Shown: one piece after another, positions 21,425 to 31,471 of the stretch | Layout of the letters: every line of letters starts with the position of its first letter | Numbering within the stretch: position 1 is the first letter of the stretch | Source of the DNA: an uncultured delta proteobacterium | GTDB lineage: Bacteria; Myxococcota; B64-G9 | Length of the DNA stretch: 64,000 nt | Direction: 5' to 3' | Assembly: GCA_963754925.1 (NCBI GenBank) | Contig: CAVWHX010000004.1 | Location: 992,001-1,056,000, forward strand | The notes under the pieces: generated by a model | Database searches by the model: none | Told to the model about the DNA's origin: nothing | Seen by the model: the letters and a program-made list of their open reading frames with translations, nothing else | Made by a program: the position numbers and the translations under genes

Positions 21425-24400
21425 TTACTCGTTTTGTAAATAAGCAATCTCGTCTTTAATATCAGCGGCATCGGGAGCATCAGGGCGCAACTGTAGGTAA
21501 CGACGAAATTCCACAACGGCAAGATTTTTTTTGTTGTTGGCCTTGTAAATGTACCCGAGATAATAGTGCGGCTGGGCATTGTCGGGTTCCTGTTTGATCG
21601 CCTCTAAATAAAATTTTGTCGCGGCTGCCTTTTGGTTGAGCTCGTCATAGGTGCGCGCGAGGCGCAGGGCTACTCCCGTGGCTTTTGGATTAGCTGCCAA
21701 GGCTTTTCGGTAGACTGTTAATGCTTCCGGCAACAGGCTCTGGCTGTGGTAGACGTCGCCCAGGAGGAGGAGCAGCTCGAGGTGCTTCGGCTGCGCGGCG
21801 ATCGCCCGATTGAGGGTGGTGACCGCCTCCTGGTACTGTCCTCGGTCGATGAGCAATTTGCTGAGTTCTTGAACGGCTCCAAGATGATCGAATTTGAGCT
21901 TGACGGCCGTGCGGAACTCTTCCAATGCATCGCCCCATTGCTTGCTGGCGAGAAGCGTCTGTCCCATGGCGTAGTGAATGTCAGGGTTATTGGCATCGAT
22001 CTCAATGGCGTTCTTGAGCAACTCCTGCGACCGGTCAAGACTGCCCTGCTGATACAACAAAATGCCTAACCGCGTCTGGGCCTCGACATTGCCGCTGTTG
22101 AGATCAATGGCGGTCTGAAAGTACTTGGCCGCCCCCGGAGCGTCGCCGTTTTCGAGGGAGGCGATGCCAGCCTGGAGGTAGAGTCGATCATCTTTTGGAC
22201 TGAGGTGGATGGCTTGACGATAGAGGTCGAGCGCCGCCGGGTAGTCCTTGCGCACCAGGAGGGTGTAGGCATATTCTTCGGCTAAGCCCGGATAGTTCGG
22301 GGCGAGTGCCGCTGCTGCTTGGTAGTTGGCCACCGCCTCGTCGTAACGACCGAGCTCGCGATAGGTGTTCGCAAGGTTAATATGTGCCGGGGTGAACTCT
22401 GGATCGTTCTTTAGGGCCTCTTTAAACGCAGCCTCGGCCAAGCTGAAGTTCTTTTGACCGAAGTGCATCTCCCCGAAACCGTTATGAACCGCCGCTGCAT
22501 GCGCGTCGATCGCGGCGGCCATGGCAAGTTGATCCTGTGCGCCTGCTGGGTCTCCACGCTTCTGCGCCATCTTCGCCAAGGCTACGTGGGCCAAAAGAAA
22601 TTGGGGATTGCGTGCTAGAGCTTTTTGATAGTAACCGAGTGCGTCATCCGGTTTAAGGAGTTGCTCGGCAAGTTGTCCCAGGTAATACAGCGGCCAGGGA
22701 TTTTCCTTGGCGGCAGCGCCGGCTTGCTCCAGGAGCGCTTTTGCTTTTTGAATGTCGCCCGTTTGCCACAACGAACGGCCCTTACCAATTTGGGCGTCGA
22801 GGTTTTGTGGATCAAGCGTCAGAGCCTTCTCGAAATCGGTAAGCGCCGGGGCATGCTCGCCCATGGTCGCATAGAGGGTACCCTGTACGACCAGGTAGGC
22901 GACCTGTTTGGGCGCAAGATCGATGGCTGAGGTTAAGTCGGCAATCGCGCGAGCATTCTTGTGCTGACGCATCATGATCTTCGCCCGCAAGAAAAATGCC
23001 TGGGCGCGCTCGCTCGGCGCCAGCTCCTCAAAGTGTGTATCGAACACCTGGTTGAGGTACTCTTCGCCGTGGGTATGATCGGCAGTGATCTCGATCATGA
23101 TGCGGGCGAGTTCTAATGCCGAGCTCGTATGCTGCGGATTTTTCTCGAGGGCTTTTTGGTAAAAGAGAACTGCATTTTCCATATCGCCTTGCAAAGCTTG
23201 GATTTCACCGAGGGCGTGGTATGCCTTGGCGAACGCAGGGTCGATCGCGGCGGCGCGGTCAAGATACTGGGCCGCCTCGCGCCACTTCTTTTGGTAGGCA
23301 GACGCAAAACCAGCTATCACCAGCGCCTCTTTGTCGAGCGTAGTTTCCTTCAGCAACGGATCGAGACGTTGGAGCGCTTGGACCGGGTTGGTGAGAATCA
23401 ACGAGGCTGCCTCGACCGTAGCGGTCTCAGGGCGTTCAGGAAAATTTTTCTTAAGCTCGTCAAGCACCTTTTGGCAACGGTTTTGGAAATAATCATTGGC
23501 GCCGTATTTGCGCAACAACGTCGTGTACGACAGCCCAAGCCAATACAGATCATCGACAGAACGTTGACTTTGTTCGAGGGTCGGCTCCAAGGAGGCGATT
23601 ACCTTCTTGTAACCGGCAAAGGTGTCCTGGGCGATGCTTAATCGTATATCATTGGCGCCCGCGGATGCCATCGTCGCCCGGACATCTTGGCTCAGGCCGC
23701 CAGAATCGGATGCAGTGCTGCCGTGGGTGTCGCTGAAAATTCGGTAGGCAAAGACGCCGTAGCGGGTCAGCCCCAGACCGAGCCCAATGATAATTACAAG
23801 AGCTGTTCCGCCAAGCGCGGGCAGTAGTGGCCGGAATCGGGCAATTGCTCCGCCGCGATCGATGTCTAACGGTAGGGACCCGTCGCCCGGGCGCCGCTGG
23901 ATCCGCTGCTCATCAGTGCGCTCGGGTGCGGTGTCAGGCTGTGGTGGTACCGGCGAAGAAATAACCGGTTCGTCCATGAGTTTCCTAATGGTGTCGGCAA
24001 ACTCGGGGAATGCCCCTAATGGTTTATAGTTCGTCCCGTCACCCGATGCTTCCTCGTTGCCCATCAACTGGTGCTCGATAAGCATTTGGTTAATAGTTTC
24101 ACTATCGAACGGACCGAAGACCTTGCCGCTCTTGCGCCGAATACGGTAGCGCTGTTGGCTGGTTATCGTTGGGGTCGCGGTCTCGGCGTCCGCAACCTCA
24201 GGACCGGAGATGTCGCGGTTTTGGAATTCGAAGATCTGCCCTTCATTACTGACGGGAGATTCTGCCACGGTATCGGGTCTGGGCAACGGAGGCAACGGTT
24301 GTTCGTGGAGCGGCGGTAACGAGGAACCCAGCGGAGGCACGGGCGTCCGTGGCGGTTCGCTCACCAGGTCAAGGCCTGAGGGCGACGGGGCGGTCGAGAC

Positions 24401-24661
24401 AGACGGAAGCGGCGGTAAATCGTGGTGAGCTGGTTTTGCCGCATGATCGAGTTCGAGTGACTCTACGGTCGTGCCGCTGTCCGTGCCGATGGCCTTCTGA
24501 TCGACTGCATTAAAGTCGAAGATCTCGCCGCCACCGCTTGCTTCGTTGGTGACGACAAAGGTGGCCAGACAACGGGGGCAACGAATCTGCAAGCCCTCGG
24601 GTCCAATGCGCCCCTCATCTATGTTGTATTCGGCCTTGCATGTTTCACAGCGCACCTTCAT
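21425..24661 (-). CDS. Zinc-ribbon / GYF-like / TM / multi-TPR protein
   Basis: MKVRCETC...CPRC zinc ribbon, Pro-rich linker, GKVFGPF motif, TM, long TPR array. Confidence 0.85.
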   Translation of the reverse strand: MKVRCETCKAEYNIDEGRIGPEGLQIRCPRCLATFVVTNEASGGGEIFDFNAVDQKAIGTDSGTTVESLELDHAAKPAHHDLPPLPSVSTAPSPSGLDLVSEPPRTPVPPLGSSLPPLHEQPLPPLPRPDTVAESPVSNEGQIFEFQNRDISGPEVADAETATPTITSQQRYRIRRKSGKVFGPFDSETINQMLIEHQLMGNEEASGDGTNYKPLGAFPEFADTIRKLMDEPVISSPVPPQPDTAPERTDEQRIQRRPGDGSLPLDIDRGGAIARFRPLLPALGGTALVIIIGLGLGLTRYGVFAYRIFSDTHGSTASDSGGLSQDVRATMASAGANDIRLSIAQDTFAGYKKVIASLEPTLEQSQRSVDDLYWLGLSYTTLLRKYGANDYFQNRCQKVLDELKKNFPERPETATVEAASLILTNPVQALQRLDPLLKETTLDKEALVIAGFASAYQKKWREAAQYLDRAAAIDPAFAKAYHALGEIQALQGDMENAVLFYQKALEKNPQHTSSALELARIMIEITADHTHGEEYLNQVFDTHFEELAPSERAQAFFLRAKIMMRQHKNARAIADLTSAIDLAPKQVAYLVVQGTLYATMGEHAPALTDFEKALTLDPQNLDAQIGKGRSLWQTGDIQKAKALLEQAGAAAKENPWPLYYLGQLAEQLLKPDDALGYYQKALARNPQFLLAHVALAKMAQKRGDPAGAQDQLAMAAAIDAHAAAVHNGFGEMHFGQKNFSLAEAAFKEALKNDPEFTPAHINLANTYRELGRYDEAVANYQAAAALAPNYPGLAEEYAYTLLVRKDYPAALDLYRQAIHLSPKDDRLYLQAGIASLENGDAPGAAKYFQTAIDLNSGNVEAQTRLGILLYQQGSLDRSQELLKNAIEIDANNPDIHYAMGQTLLASKQWGDALEEFRTAVKLKFDHLGAVQELSKLLIDRGQYQEAVTTLNRAIAAQPKHLELLLLLGDVYHSQSLLPEALTVYRKALAANPKATGVALRLARTYDELNQKAAATKFYLEAIKQEPDNAQPHYYLGYIYKANNKKNLAVVEFRRYLQLRPDAPDAADIKDEIAYLQNE

Positions 24662-25526
24662 GATCGTTCTCTCCCGTCACTACCGTCGTGCTGTGAGAAG
24701 AACCGCCAAATTCAAAGCGCAACTTCAATTGTAGGTAGCGTTGTAATGGGGTGAGGAGACCTGATCCAAATTCCTGATCACGCTGATTGGCCAGACGTTG
24801 ATGGATCACCCGTTCGGTTAGCTGCTGGGCCTCTGCCACGGTCATCCCGGCAACCTGCGCCAACTCGTCTGGTGAGAGTGGATCGTAGCGTTTTTTCATA
24901 CCGACGTACTCGATAAAATCTTCCAGCGCCTCCCGGTTGACGATAGAGAGATGACCGTCGCCCTTTTTTTGAACGAGGCCAAGCATAATCAAGTGATTGA
25001 TGATCGCATCGGCCCGTGACGTACTTAACCCCGCTCGGCTTGCCAAAAGTTGCGTATCCAGAGCGGCGCCGCTCTGATCGACAAGCGCCAAGGCACCATC
25101 AAGGTTAATGAGGGCATCGGCAACCCGAGCCTCGTCATCGCGGGAAAGTACGGCGAGGGTACGATCGTTCGCCTCTCGCAATCGATGGCACAGGGATCGA
25201 ATCAGGCGGGCGCCGATCTCCACATTTTCCGAGAGGATCTTCTGAAACAACGCGTGATCCAGCGTCACTATTACCGCGTCGGTTATCGCGGTTGCAGTCG
25301 TGGAATGCACCTGGTTTTCAATCGCGCTCAGCTCGCCAAAAAAATCTCCCGGCCCCAGAATGGCCAGGCACAATTCATCCTCCGTGACCTGCCTGTGGAG
25401 TTGGACGGTACCGTCTTGGATGATGAACACCTCGTTCGCGGGATCGCCCTCTCGGTAGATGACCGCGCCGCTCTGAACCTGGCGACCGTGTCGGTTGATT
25501 ACCGGATCGATTGATAACTTCCTCAT
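24645..25526 (-). CDS. Crp/Fnr family cNMP-binding regulator
   Basis: IYREGD, GPGDFFGELS, C-terminal HTH; overlaps the start of the downstream gene. Confidence 0.85.
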   Translation of the reverse strand: MRKLSIDPVINRHGRQVQSGAVIYREGDPANEVFIIQDGTVQLHRQVTEDELCLAILGPGDFFGELSAIENQVHSTTATAITDAVIVTLDHALFQKILSENVEIGARLIRSLCHRLREANDRTLAVLSRDDEARVADALINLDGALALVDQSGAALDTQLLASRAGLSTSRADAIINHLIMLGLVQKKGDGHLSIVNREALEDFIEYVGMKKRYDPLSPDELAQVAGMTVAEAQQLTERVIHQRLANQRDQEFGSGLLTPLQRYLQLKLRFEFGGSSHSTTVVTGENDHEGAL

Positions 25527-25582
25527 TCATCCACCTCGCGTCTCGCGCGTAATACGTATTGAACCACACAGCCGAAATACGG

Positions 25583-26155
25583 TCAATTTTGAGCCGCAGT
25601 CTTTCCGAACTCGTAGGCGCGTCGGCACACCGTTTGAGATTCCCGGGCTGCGGTCGGGTCTTCCAAGCCCCTGAGTAGCAGAGAGCCGGCGTACGTAAGA
25701 TCCAATGCCTGAAAAAAATAACGCGCGGTACGTTCAATGCCGACAAATAGATCAGTGCGCCGTTGGGCCGCTACCCCAATCAGGTACCCACGGCCGCGGG
25801 CCGCCCGGCGGGGCAGGTGCTTTTTCTCGCGCCGGCGTTTGCAAAAACAAGCTTGGCATCGATCGATCAGGGCTTTGAGTTGGGCGGGAAGGCCATAGAA
25901 AAAAACCGGCGCAGCCAAAATAATAACATCGGCGGCTAACAGACGGGGATACACGTCCTGCATGGCGTCCTGGATCTGGCAGCCATCGGCTTCCTCGCAG
26001 TAGCCGCATGCTCGACAGCCGGAAATCGACAACTCGGCAATCCTGATTACGTCGGCCTGGGCTCCCGCACTGGTTGCGCCGGCCAGGGCCTGTTCAAGCA
26101 CGGTGTTGCTGTTGCCGGAAGCGCGGGGGCTTCCTAAGATGCCCAGCACCATCAT
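25583..26155 (-). CDS. Iron-sulfur flavoprotein / NADPH-dependent FMN reductase family
   Basis: GSPRASGNS, CRACGYC..C, APVFFYG, LKALIDR. Confidence 0.87.
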   Translation of the reverse strand: MMVLGILGSPRASGNSNTVLEQALAGATSAGAQADVIRIAELSISGCRACGYCEEADGCQIQDAMQDVYPRLLAADVIILAAPVFFYGLPAQLKALIDRCQACFCKRRREKKHLPRRAARGRGYLIGVAAQRRTDLFVGIERTARYFFQALDLTYAGSLLLRGLEDPTAARESQTVCRRAYEFGKTAAQN

Positions 26156-26189
26156 GTGCGTTGCCCTCGCGCCGGCTTTGTCATTGTGG

Positions 26190-26381
26190 CTATTTACGTT
26201 TTCCGACTAACTGCGGATCAAAACCCTGACAACCGCAGTCTGGTTGATAGCAGGTAACGTTACGGAAGACACATTTCTGTTTGCAATGGGGGCATATCTC
26301 GGGCGGGCGGTGCAGCTCCAAAATCGTACCGCATTCATTGCATTCCCAATATAGCTTCTCGTCCTTGACGTTATCGATCAT
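26190..26381 (-). CDS. Rubredoxin-like small protein
   Basis: WECNECG...PPEICPHC plus extra Cys; GAGGAG RBS. Confidence 0.75.
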   Translation of the reverse strand: MIDNVKDEKLYWECNECGTILELHRPPEICPHCKQKCVFRNVTCYQPDCGCQGFDPQLVGKRK

Positions 26382-26511
26382 GGCAGGCTCCTCAAACGAA
26401 ATCGTCTCGTGGTGGGATCTATGCTATTTCTGAGCGACGGCGACCCCACCGATTCATACTGGTTAAGGTTCTCTCGTTTCCGAGACGAGTTCAATAGGAT
26501 TTTAGGGGGAC

Positions 26512-26973
26512 TTAGTTACTCTGACGGGTCCAGAGGCGTTGCTCAAGGATATGGATGGCCAGGTCGAGCTCCTCCAGCTCATCACCGGGGCCAAGGAACC
26601 GGATGACCTGATTCACCAACTCGGTGCGGCTGAAGGGTTTGACGAGGACTCCAGCGGCTCCGCACCCAAGCATGCGATCTTTCAAGCCGTCGGCCGAAGG
26701 ATCTATCATTGCAATGAGTGGAATAGCTGCGGTGGCGGGACCGACCTTAAGTTGCGTACAAACAAAAATGCTTTCGTCCGGTGGGTTTCGGGTTTCGAGT
26801 AAGATGAGGTCGGGTGGGTCGGGTACCATCAAGGCAAGCGCCCACACACCGTCATCTACGGTGCGAACTCGATAGCCGCTATCCTCAAGCCAACGCCTAT
26901 ACACCCATACGAGATCGAGGTTGTGCTCAGCTATCATTACTACTGGTTTTCTGTCTAGGGCAGGTTTGGTCAC
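26512..26973 (-). CDS. Single-domain atypical receiver protein
   Basis: REC fold motifs (PDLILLE, KPF) with Glu at the phosphoacceptor position. Confidence 0.75.
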   Translation of the reverse strand: MTKPALDRKPVVMIAEHNLDLVWVYRRWLEDSGYRVRTVDDGVWALALMVPDPPDLILLETRNPPDESIFVCTQLKVGPATAAIPLIAMIDPSADGLKDRMLGCGAAGVLVKPFSRTELVNQVIRFLGPGDELEELDLAIHILEQRLWTRQSN

Positions 26974-27044
26974 CTTGGTACGCCTCCGAAATAAAGGCTG
27001 CGGCGTGCGATTTCACCTCTGATTCACACCACACATAATTTTTC

Positions 27045-27060
27045 TGCAAAGTTCATGCCG
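27045..27060 (-). promoter_or_regulatory. Putative sigma-54 promoter
   Basis: Minus strand CGGCATGAACTTTGCA = GG-N10-GC, ~70 bp upstream of the receiver gene. Confidence 0.6.
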
Positions 27061-27197
27061 GGATATCGGCGGTCAAATAATCCCTTAAGTCTTTAAACAT
27101 CCAGCAATTTCAATGAGATAGAAGGATACTATAAGTTGCTATGGGAGGGTAGGCAATAACCCCAGGGGTCGGTGTACCCCATAATTGCCGTTACGTT

Positions 27198-28181
27198 TTA
27201 GAGCAATCGCGCACCGCGCTTGTCAACGCGGCAGAGCTTGCCCGTAGCCGCGACGTTCCGGCGAGCAAAGGCGGCAATCATGGCGCCTAAAATTTTTTTT
27301 GCTTGCGTTATTGTCGCAGCCACGGCGACCACGCTGGGGCCTGAACCTGATAGCGAGCAGCCCAGGGCGCCCTGCCGGCAAGCCGCCTTCTGCACGGCAA
27401 CGAAACCCTTGACGAGCGAGCGCCGGTATGGCTCGGCGACGATGTCGCGGAGGCATTTGGCAAACAGCGTTCGATCGCGCACGTGGAGCGAATGAACCAA
27501 ACAGGCCACGTTACCGGCAAATGACGTCGATAGTCCGAGCGGTATCGATTGAGGTAATACTCTGCGAGCCTGTGCGGTTGACACCGATAACGCGGGATGC
27601 ACCATCGCAAACACAAAATTCTTAAAAAACGGCAACGGCTGAGGGTCGTATCGGCCGCCATGACCAATCAACCGAAGCCCGCCCAGTAACGCCGGCGCGA
27701 CATCATCATAGAAAACCCCGCCACTGACGAGGCCTTCAGCCTGGCCGGCGAGCTCAAGCAACGTCCGGGCGTTGAATGGCTCGCGATACCACGCGTTGAG
27801 CGCGAACAACGTTGCCACCACCGAGCTGGCCGAGGAACCGAGTCCACTGCAGATCGGCAGATTTTTGTAAAGAGTCAATTGAACGGGTACCGGATCACGA
27901 CGGTCGCGTCGCAGCTTTTGATTGAAGAGGTTGAGGCATCGCCAGACTAAATTATTTTTTGGATTCTTCGGCAGCATGGTGGCGAACGGCCCCGTGATAC
28001 TAAGAGTCGAGCGGCCACGGTTACTTCCGTTTGGTGCCACCTCAACGACGTCTCCCCACAGCGAGCCATCCAACGGCGCGAGCGCTGCACCCAGGACATC
28101 AAATCCAGCGATGAAGTTTCCGATAGTGGCAGGGGCATAGGCCCGTACCCTCGTGTTTCCCCTCTGACTTTTCTTTGCCAT
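27198..28181 (-). CDS. thrB: Homoserine kinase (GHMP family)
   Basis: APATIGNFIAGFDVLG, PICSGLGSSASS, SGSGPS; start could be 28214. Confidence 0.85.
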   Translation of the reverse strand: MAKKSQRGNTRVRAYAPATIGNFIAGFDVLGAALAPLDGSLWGDVVEVAPNGSNRGRSTLSITGPFATMLPKNPKNNLVWRCLNLFNQKLRRDRRDPVPVQLTLYKNLPICSGLGSSASSVVATLFALNAWYREPFNARTLLELAGQAEGLVSGGVFYDDVAPALLGGLRLIGHGGRYDPQPLPFFKNFVFAMVHPALSVSTAQARRVLPQSIPLGLSTSFAGNVACLVHSLHVRDRTLFAKCLRDIVAEPYRRSLVKGFVAVQKAACRQGALGCSLSGSGPSVVAVAATITQAKKILGAMIAAFARRNVAATGKLCRVDKRGARLL

Positions 28182-28232
28182 ACAGCCCGATTCGCGCTTC
28201 TTGCAATAGGTCATCGTTTAACACCTGAAGGG

Positions 28233-30272
28233 TTAGGCATCCTTGATCGGTGCTCGCTTTGAGTTCGGCTTGGATGACCACCTGCCGACGCGCGAAAGTC
28301 CGCGCTGAGCGGTGTCAATCGCGCCATCCAAGACCAGTTCGAAGGTTGTGGCGAGATCCACGAGTGTACCGCGCACTCCGCTCCGGGCCGTTTCGCGAAA
28401 TACTTCCAACGTTTGCTTCATGATCGCCACTTGATCAAGCGCGGCCGAACGGCTGCCTTCCTGGCTTTCCTGGAGCGCCATCAAAAAACTGGCCAGTGCG
28501 CGGAGAGCACCCTGTTCAGGGTCCGGCCCCAGAATGTCTTCCGCCTTATGTAACAGTTCGGCTTCGCGAGCGTGATCCTGGTCTGGACGGTAGACCTGGT
28601 GCTGATCGCCGCCGAGGAATCGCACCTCACTGCGCACCTCGCCGGTTTTCTTGTTTTGATAGAGATTCACCCAAACGTTTTCCGCGCAGTCGCCCCAAAG
28701 ACCCAACAGCCAATAGTCGCGCAACCAGTCTTTAGGCCGGAGGTTGGGAAGGCACGCATGGTCGAGGTAGTGGCGCAGCACCAGCGTGAAAAATACCACT
28801 AACTTCTCGATGAGGTCAGGCTGCGACCGCAGGTATCCGGCAAACTGCGGGGCTCGCACCTGTGACAGGCGGAAGCTGTCCTGCACCCGCTCGTGGGGGA
28901 GCGGTCGCGGTGTCGGCGCGCTTACAAAAGACAGCAGGATCATGGGCGGGCGCTGATACGTCACCAGTTCACCGCTCTCATCGGTAAGCCCACCCCGCCC
29001 TTGCATGGCGTCAAGCTGCTCGCGGACTATCTCGAAAAAACGTTCACGCTGGTGATCATCGAAGCGCGCAAGCCACCTGCCTGGCACGTCCATGGATGAA
29101 AAGAGGCCGGCTATGTTTCGGTTGCGCCGCGGAGTAACCTGGTCTCCACGGAGATGAGAGGCGAATACCGTGGCTGCATGGCCAACAAAATGCACGGTGG
29201 TGATGCCCTGCTGGTTGCCCAGGGCTTCGAGGTCGAAATCAGGATAATCGTAGTGGTGATCGAGCACGAGTTCAGCGATCGCGCGCAACCGTTCGGTTGA
29301 CAGTTCAAGTGGCAGTTCGCGGTTGAGGGCCGAGCCAAGCGCGGCAGCGAACAACCGTACGGCGCGCCGATTGTTTTCGAGCATGCGGGTGCGTTCGGCG
29401 GTCTCAATCGACGGATCCTCATGGTACACATTCGTCCGCCCCGCAAGGAAATTCTCGTCGCCCCAGCGTTCGAAGCATTCCATGATAAGATCGCGGGCCC
29501 GCGGCCAACCAAACCAGGGGTGGCGCGAGCCGAGCACCCAGCGCATCGTATCGCGTACACCCGCGGTGGCCCGGCGTGAAAAGAACTCGCGCAGCTTTGA
29601 GACCATCGCGCCATCCAACGGCTCCCGGCGCAACCGTTTCTGCACGCTTCCCATATCGGCCATCCGTGGCGGTCGGCCGTGGTACACGGGATCATGCGCC
29701 AGCAGCTCGACGGCGGTCCAGTGACGGGTCGAGTTGAAATACTGCTCCTCAAGCAAGATGGGTTCCTCGGCACGTGGGGTTTCACCCGACAGCCAAGCGC
29801 GTACCCGGACGAGCGGCGAAAGCGCCTCAGCCGGTGGCGGCCCATAGCCGAAGTAAGCGAGCTCGCGCGCGGCCTCGACGGCGCTTATCAGCGAGCGTCT
29901 GCGTGTGTGAAAGAGCGATGACCCGAATGCCCCGAGCGCCTCGCCGACGAGGGCACGGGGCACTTCCCATTGCCGCCGCAAGAAGTCGAATCGAAGCATG
30001 TCAACGCGCGCCTGCCGCAACTCATACTGCGTCGCCAATTGACGAGCAATCGTGCGCGCCGAGGCTTTCGTGTTTCGACGTCCGGCGGGCAGCAGGTTAG
30101 CCAGCTCGTGCGAAAGCCTTTCGGGATCAAAGCGGAGATGTTTCCAGACCCAGTCGGCTGTATCAGGCGAGTCGAACGGCACAGCCGAGCCCAGCAATGC
30201 GGTGAGAATTGCCTGGTCGGATACCGCGAACGGTCGCGGTGGAGTACGTTTGGGTTTATTATTCTCGGCCAT
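28233..30272 (-). CDS. Large hypothetical protein
   Basis: ~680-aa ORF, GAGGA RBS; no confident family. Confidence 0.75.
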   Translation of the reverse strand: MAENNKPKRTPPRPFAVSDQAILTALLGSAVPFDSPDTADWVWKHLRFDPERLSHELANLLPAGRRNTKASARTIARQLATQYELRQARVDMLRFDFLRRQWEVPRALVGEALGAFGSSLFHTRRRSLISAVEAARELAYFGYGPPPAEALSPLVRVRAWLSGETPRAEEPILLEEQYFNSTRHWTAVELLAHDPVYHGRPPRMADMGSVQKRLRREPLDGAMVSKLREFFSRRATAGVRDTMRWVLGSRHPWFGWPRARDLIMECFERWGDENFLAGRTNVYHEDPSIETAERTRMLENNRRAVRLFAAALGSALNRELPLELSTERLRAIAELVLDHHYDYPDFDLEALGNQQGITTVHFVGHAATVFASHLRGDQVTPRRNRNIAGLFSSMDVPGRWLARFDDHQRERFFEIVREQLDAMQGRGGLTDESGELVTYQRPPMILLSFVSAPTPRPLPHERVQDSFRLSQVRAPQFAGYLRSQPDLIEKLVVFFTLVLRHYLDHACLPNLRPKDWLRDYWLLGLWGDCAENVWVNLYQNKKTGEVRSEVRFLGGDQHQVYRPDQDHAREAELLHKAEDILGPDPEQGALRALASFLMALQESQEGSRSAALDQVAIMKQTLEVFRETARSGVRGTLVDLATTFELVLDGAIDTAQRGLSRVGRWSSKPNSKRAPIKDA

Positions 30273-30325
30273 ATCTTCTTTCCTCGACGGAACCTTGTTC
30301 CAGCCGCCGGCGCCGGTGACTGAAC

Positions 30326-31327
30326 TTATATGAGAAAGCGCAGGTCCCACGGCCCAATCTCACCCCAGCGCAGGCGCGGGTCGGCCCGGAGCAGCCGCAG
30401 TCCAGGGACTACAAAGCGTAGTTCTGGGCCAGCGGAGATGGTGAAGTGGTCGGTGGGCGGGTACAGTTCCCCATCCAGCGTGTAGGGCTCGGGGCGCTCC
30501 AGGCGTAGTTCCAACGCTTTGCTTATTACCCGCATAAAACCGTCCAAGGGGTGGGGCGATCCGAGCCATAACGATGGTATGGCGCGAAGTATCTGCGAAG
30601 CGGTCCCCGTCACCAACATGCTCTCGAACATGTCAATGTCCCATCCAGCCCGCGGAAAAACTTTAAACCGAAGTGAGAGCTCCTCAATGAAACTAGAGAA
30701 GAACGCAATCATCTGAGTTTCGTGCCAGGGACCCTCGTCCAAGCGATAGGAAGTACGGATCGGGGACAGCAGACTTTTCGAGACCGGCCCCTGTTGCACA
30801 GCATCGAGGATGATAGATCCAATGAGCTTCGCCGCACCGGCCTGGGTTGCTTCTCCACGATAATACAGTTCCAAAAAGCGCGGAGCTACCCCGAGGCCAA
30901 ACATGAAACTGTGGTGGTGATTGACCTTCAACATGTTGCGACGGAGACAGCGCAGCGGAACATTGTGACGGTAGCGCGCCAGGGTCAGCAACAACGCGGT
31001 CGTACTGCCGGCGCGGATTCCAAACGAGGCAGGCACCATGTTTTGGGTGCCCGAGGGTAGAAGCAAAATGGGAGGCAACGACTGTTTGCCATAAACTTTG
31101 AGCAGCAGCTCGATTGTTCGGTGGGCAGTGCCGTCGCCGCCACTAAGAGCCACCATGTCGATTTGGCAGCGTTTAAACTCCTCGGCAGCTCGTTCGGCGT
31201 CATCGAGGGTGCCGGTCGACGCCACCTCGCCGCCTCGGCCGACGATAAAGGTCAATCGATTCTTGAGGTTAGGGTAAAGCTTGTTCAGACCTGCGTTAGG
31301 GTTGCTGATGACGCCGATGCCTGGCAT
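30326..31327 (-). CDS. Diacylglycerol/lipid kinase family protein
   Basis: NPNAG, SGGDGT, LPSGTQN, YTLDGE. Confidence 0.87.
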   Translation of the reverse strand: MPGIGVISNPNAGLNKLYPNLKNRLTFIVGRGGEVASTGTLDDAERAAEEFKRCQIDMVALSGGDGTAHRTIELLLKVYGKQSLPPILLLPSGTQNMVPASFGIRAGSTTALLLTLARYRHNVPLRCLRRNMLKVNHHHSFMFGLGVAPRFLELYYRGEATQAGAAKLIGSIILDAVQQGPVSKSLLSPIRTSYRLDEGPWHETQMIAFFSSFIEELSLRFKVFPRAGWDIDMFESMLVTGTASQILRAIPSLWLGSPHPLDGFMRVISKALELRLERPEPYTLDGELYPPTDHFTISAGPELRFVVPGLRLLRADPRLRWGEIGPWDLRFLI

Positions 31328-31471
31328 GTAACCCTCGGCTGAAAATATCTCGTTCGGGTCGAACAGCGGTCATTTCGAACGTTTTGAGCATAAGCCGTAT
31401 TAGACCGGTTTTCAAGCAGGGAACGAGATAAAATTTGATTTTTCAAGGTGGAATTTGGTAACCTTTGATAA

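Noticed and set aside
25487..25518. Imperfect 16-bp tandem duplication at the Crp gene start
   Set aside because: Only 12/16 identical; could be chance, and the ORF is intact from 25526
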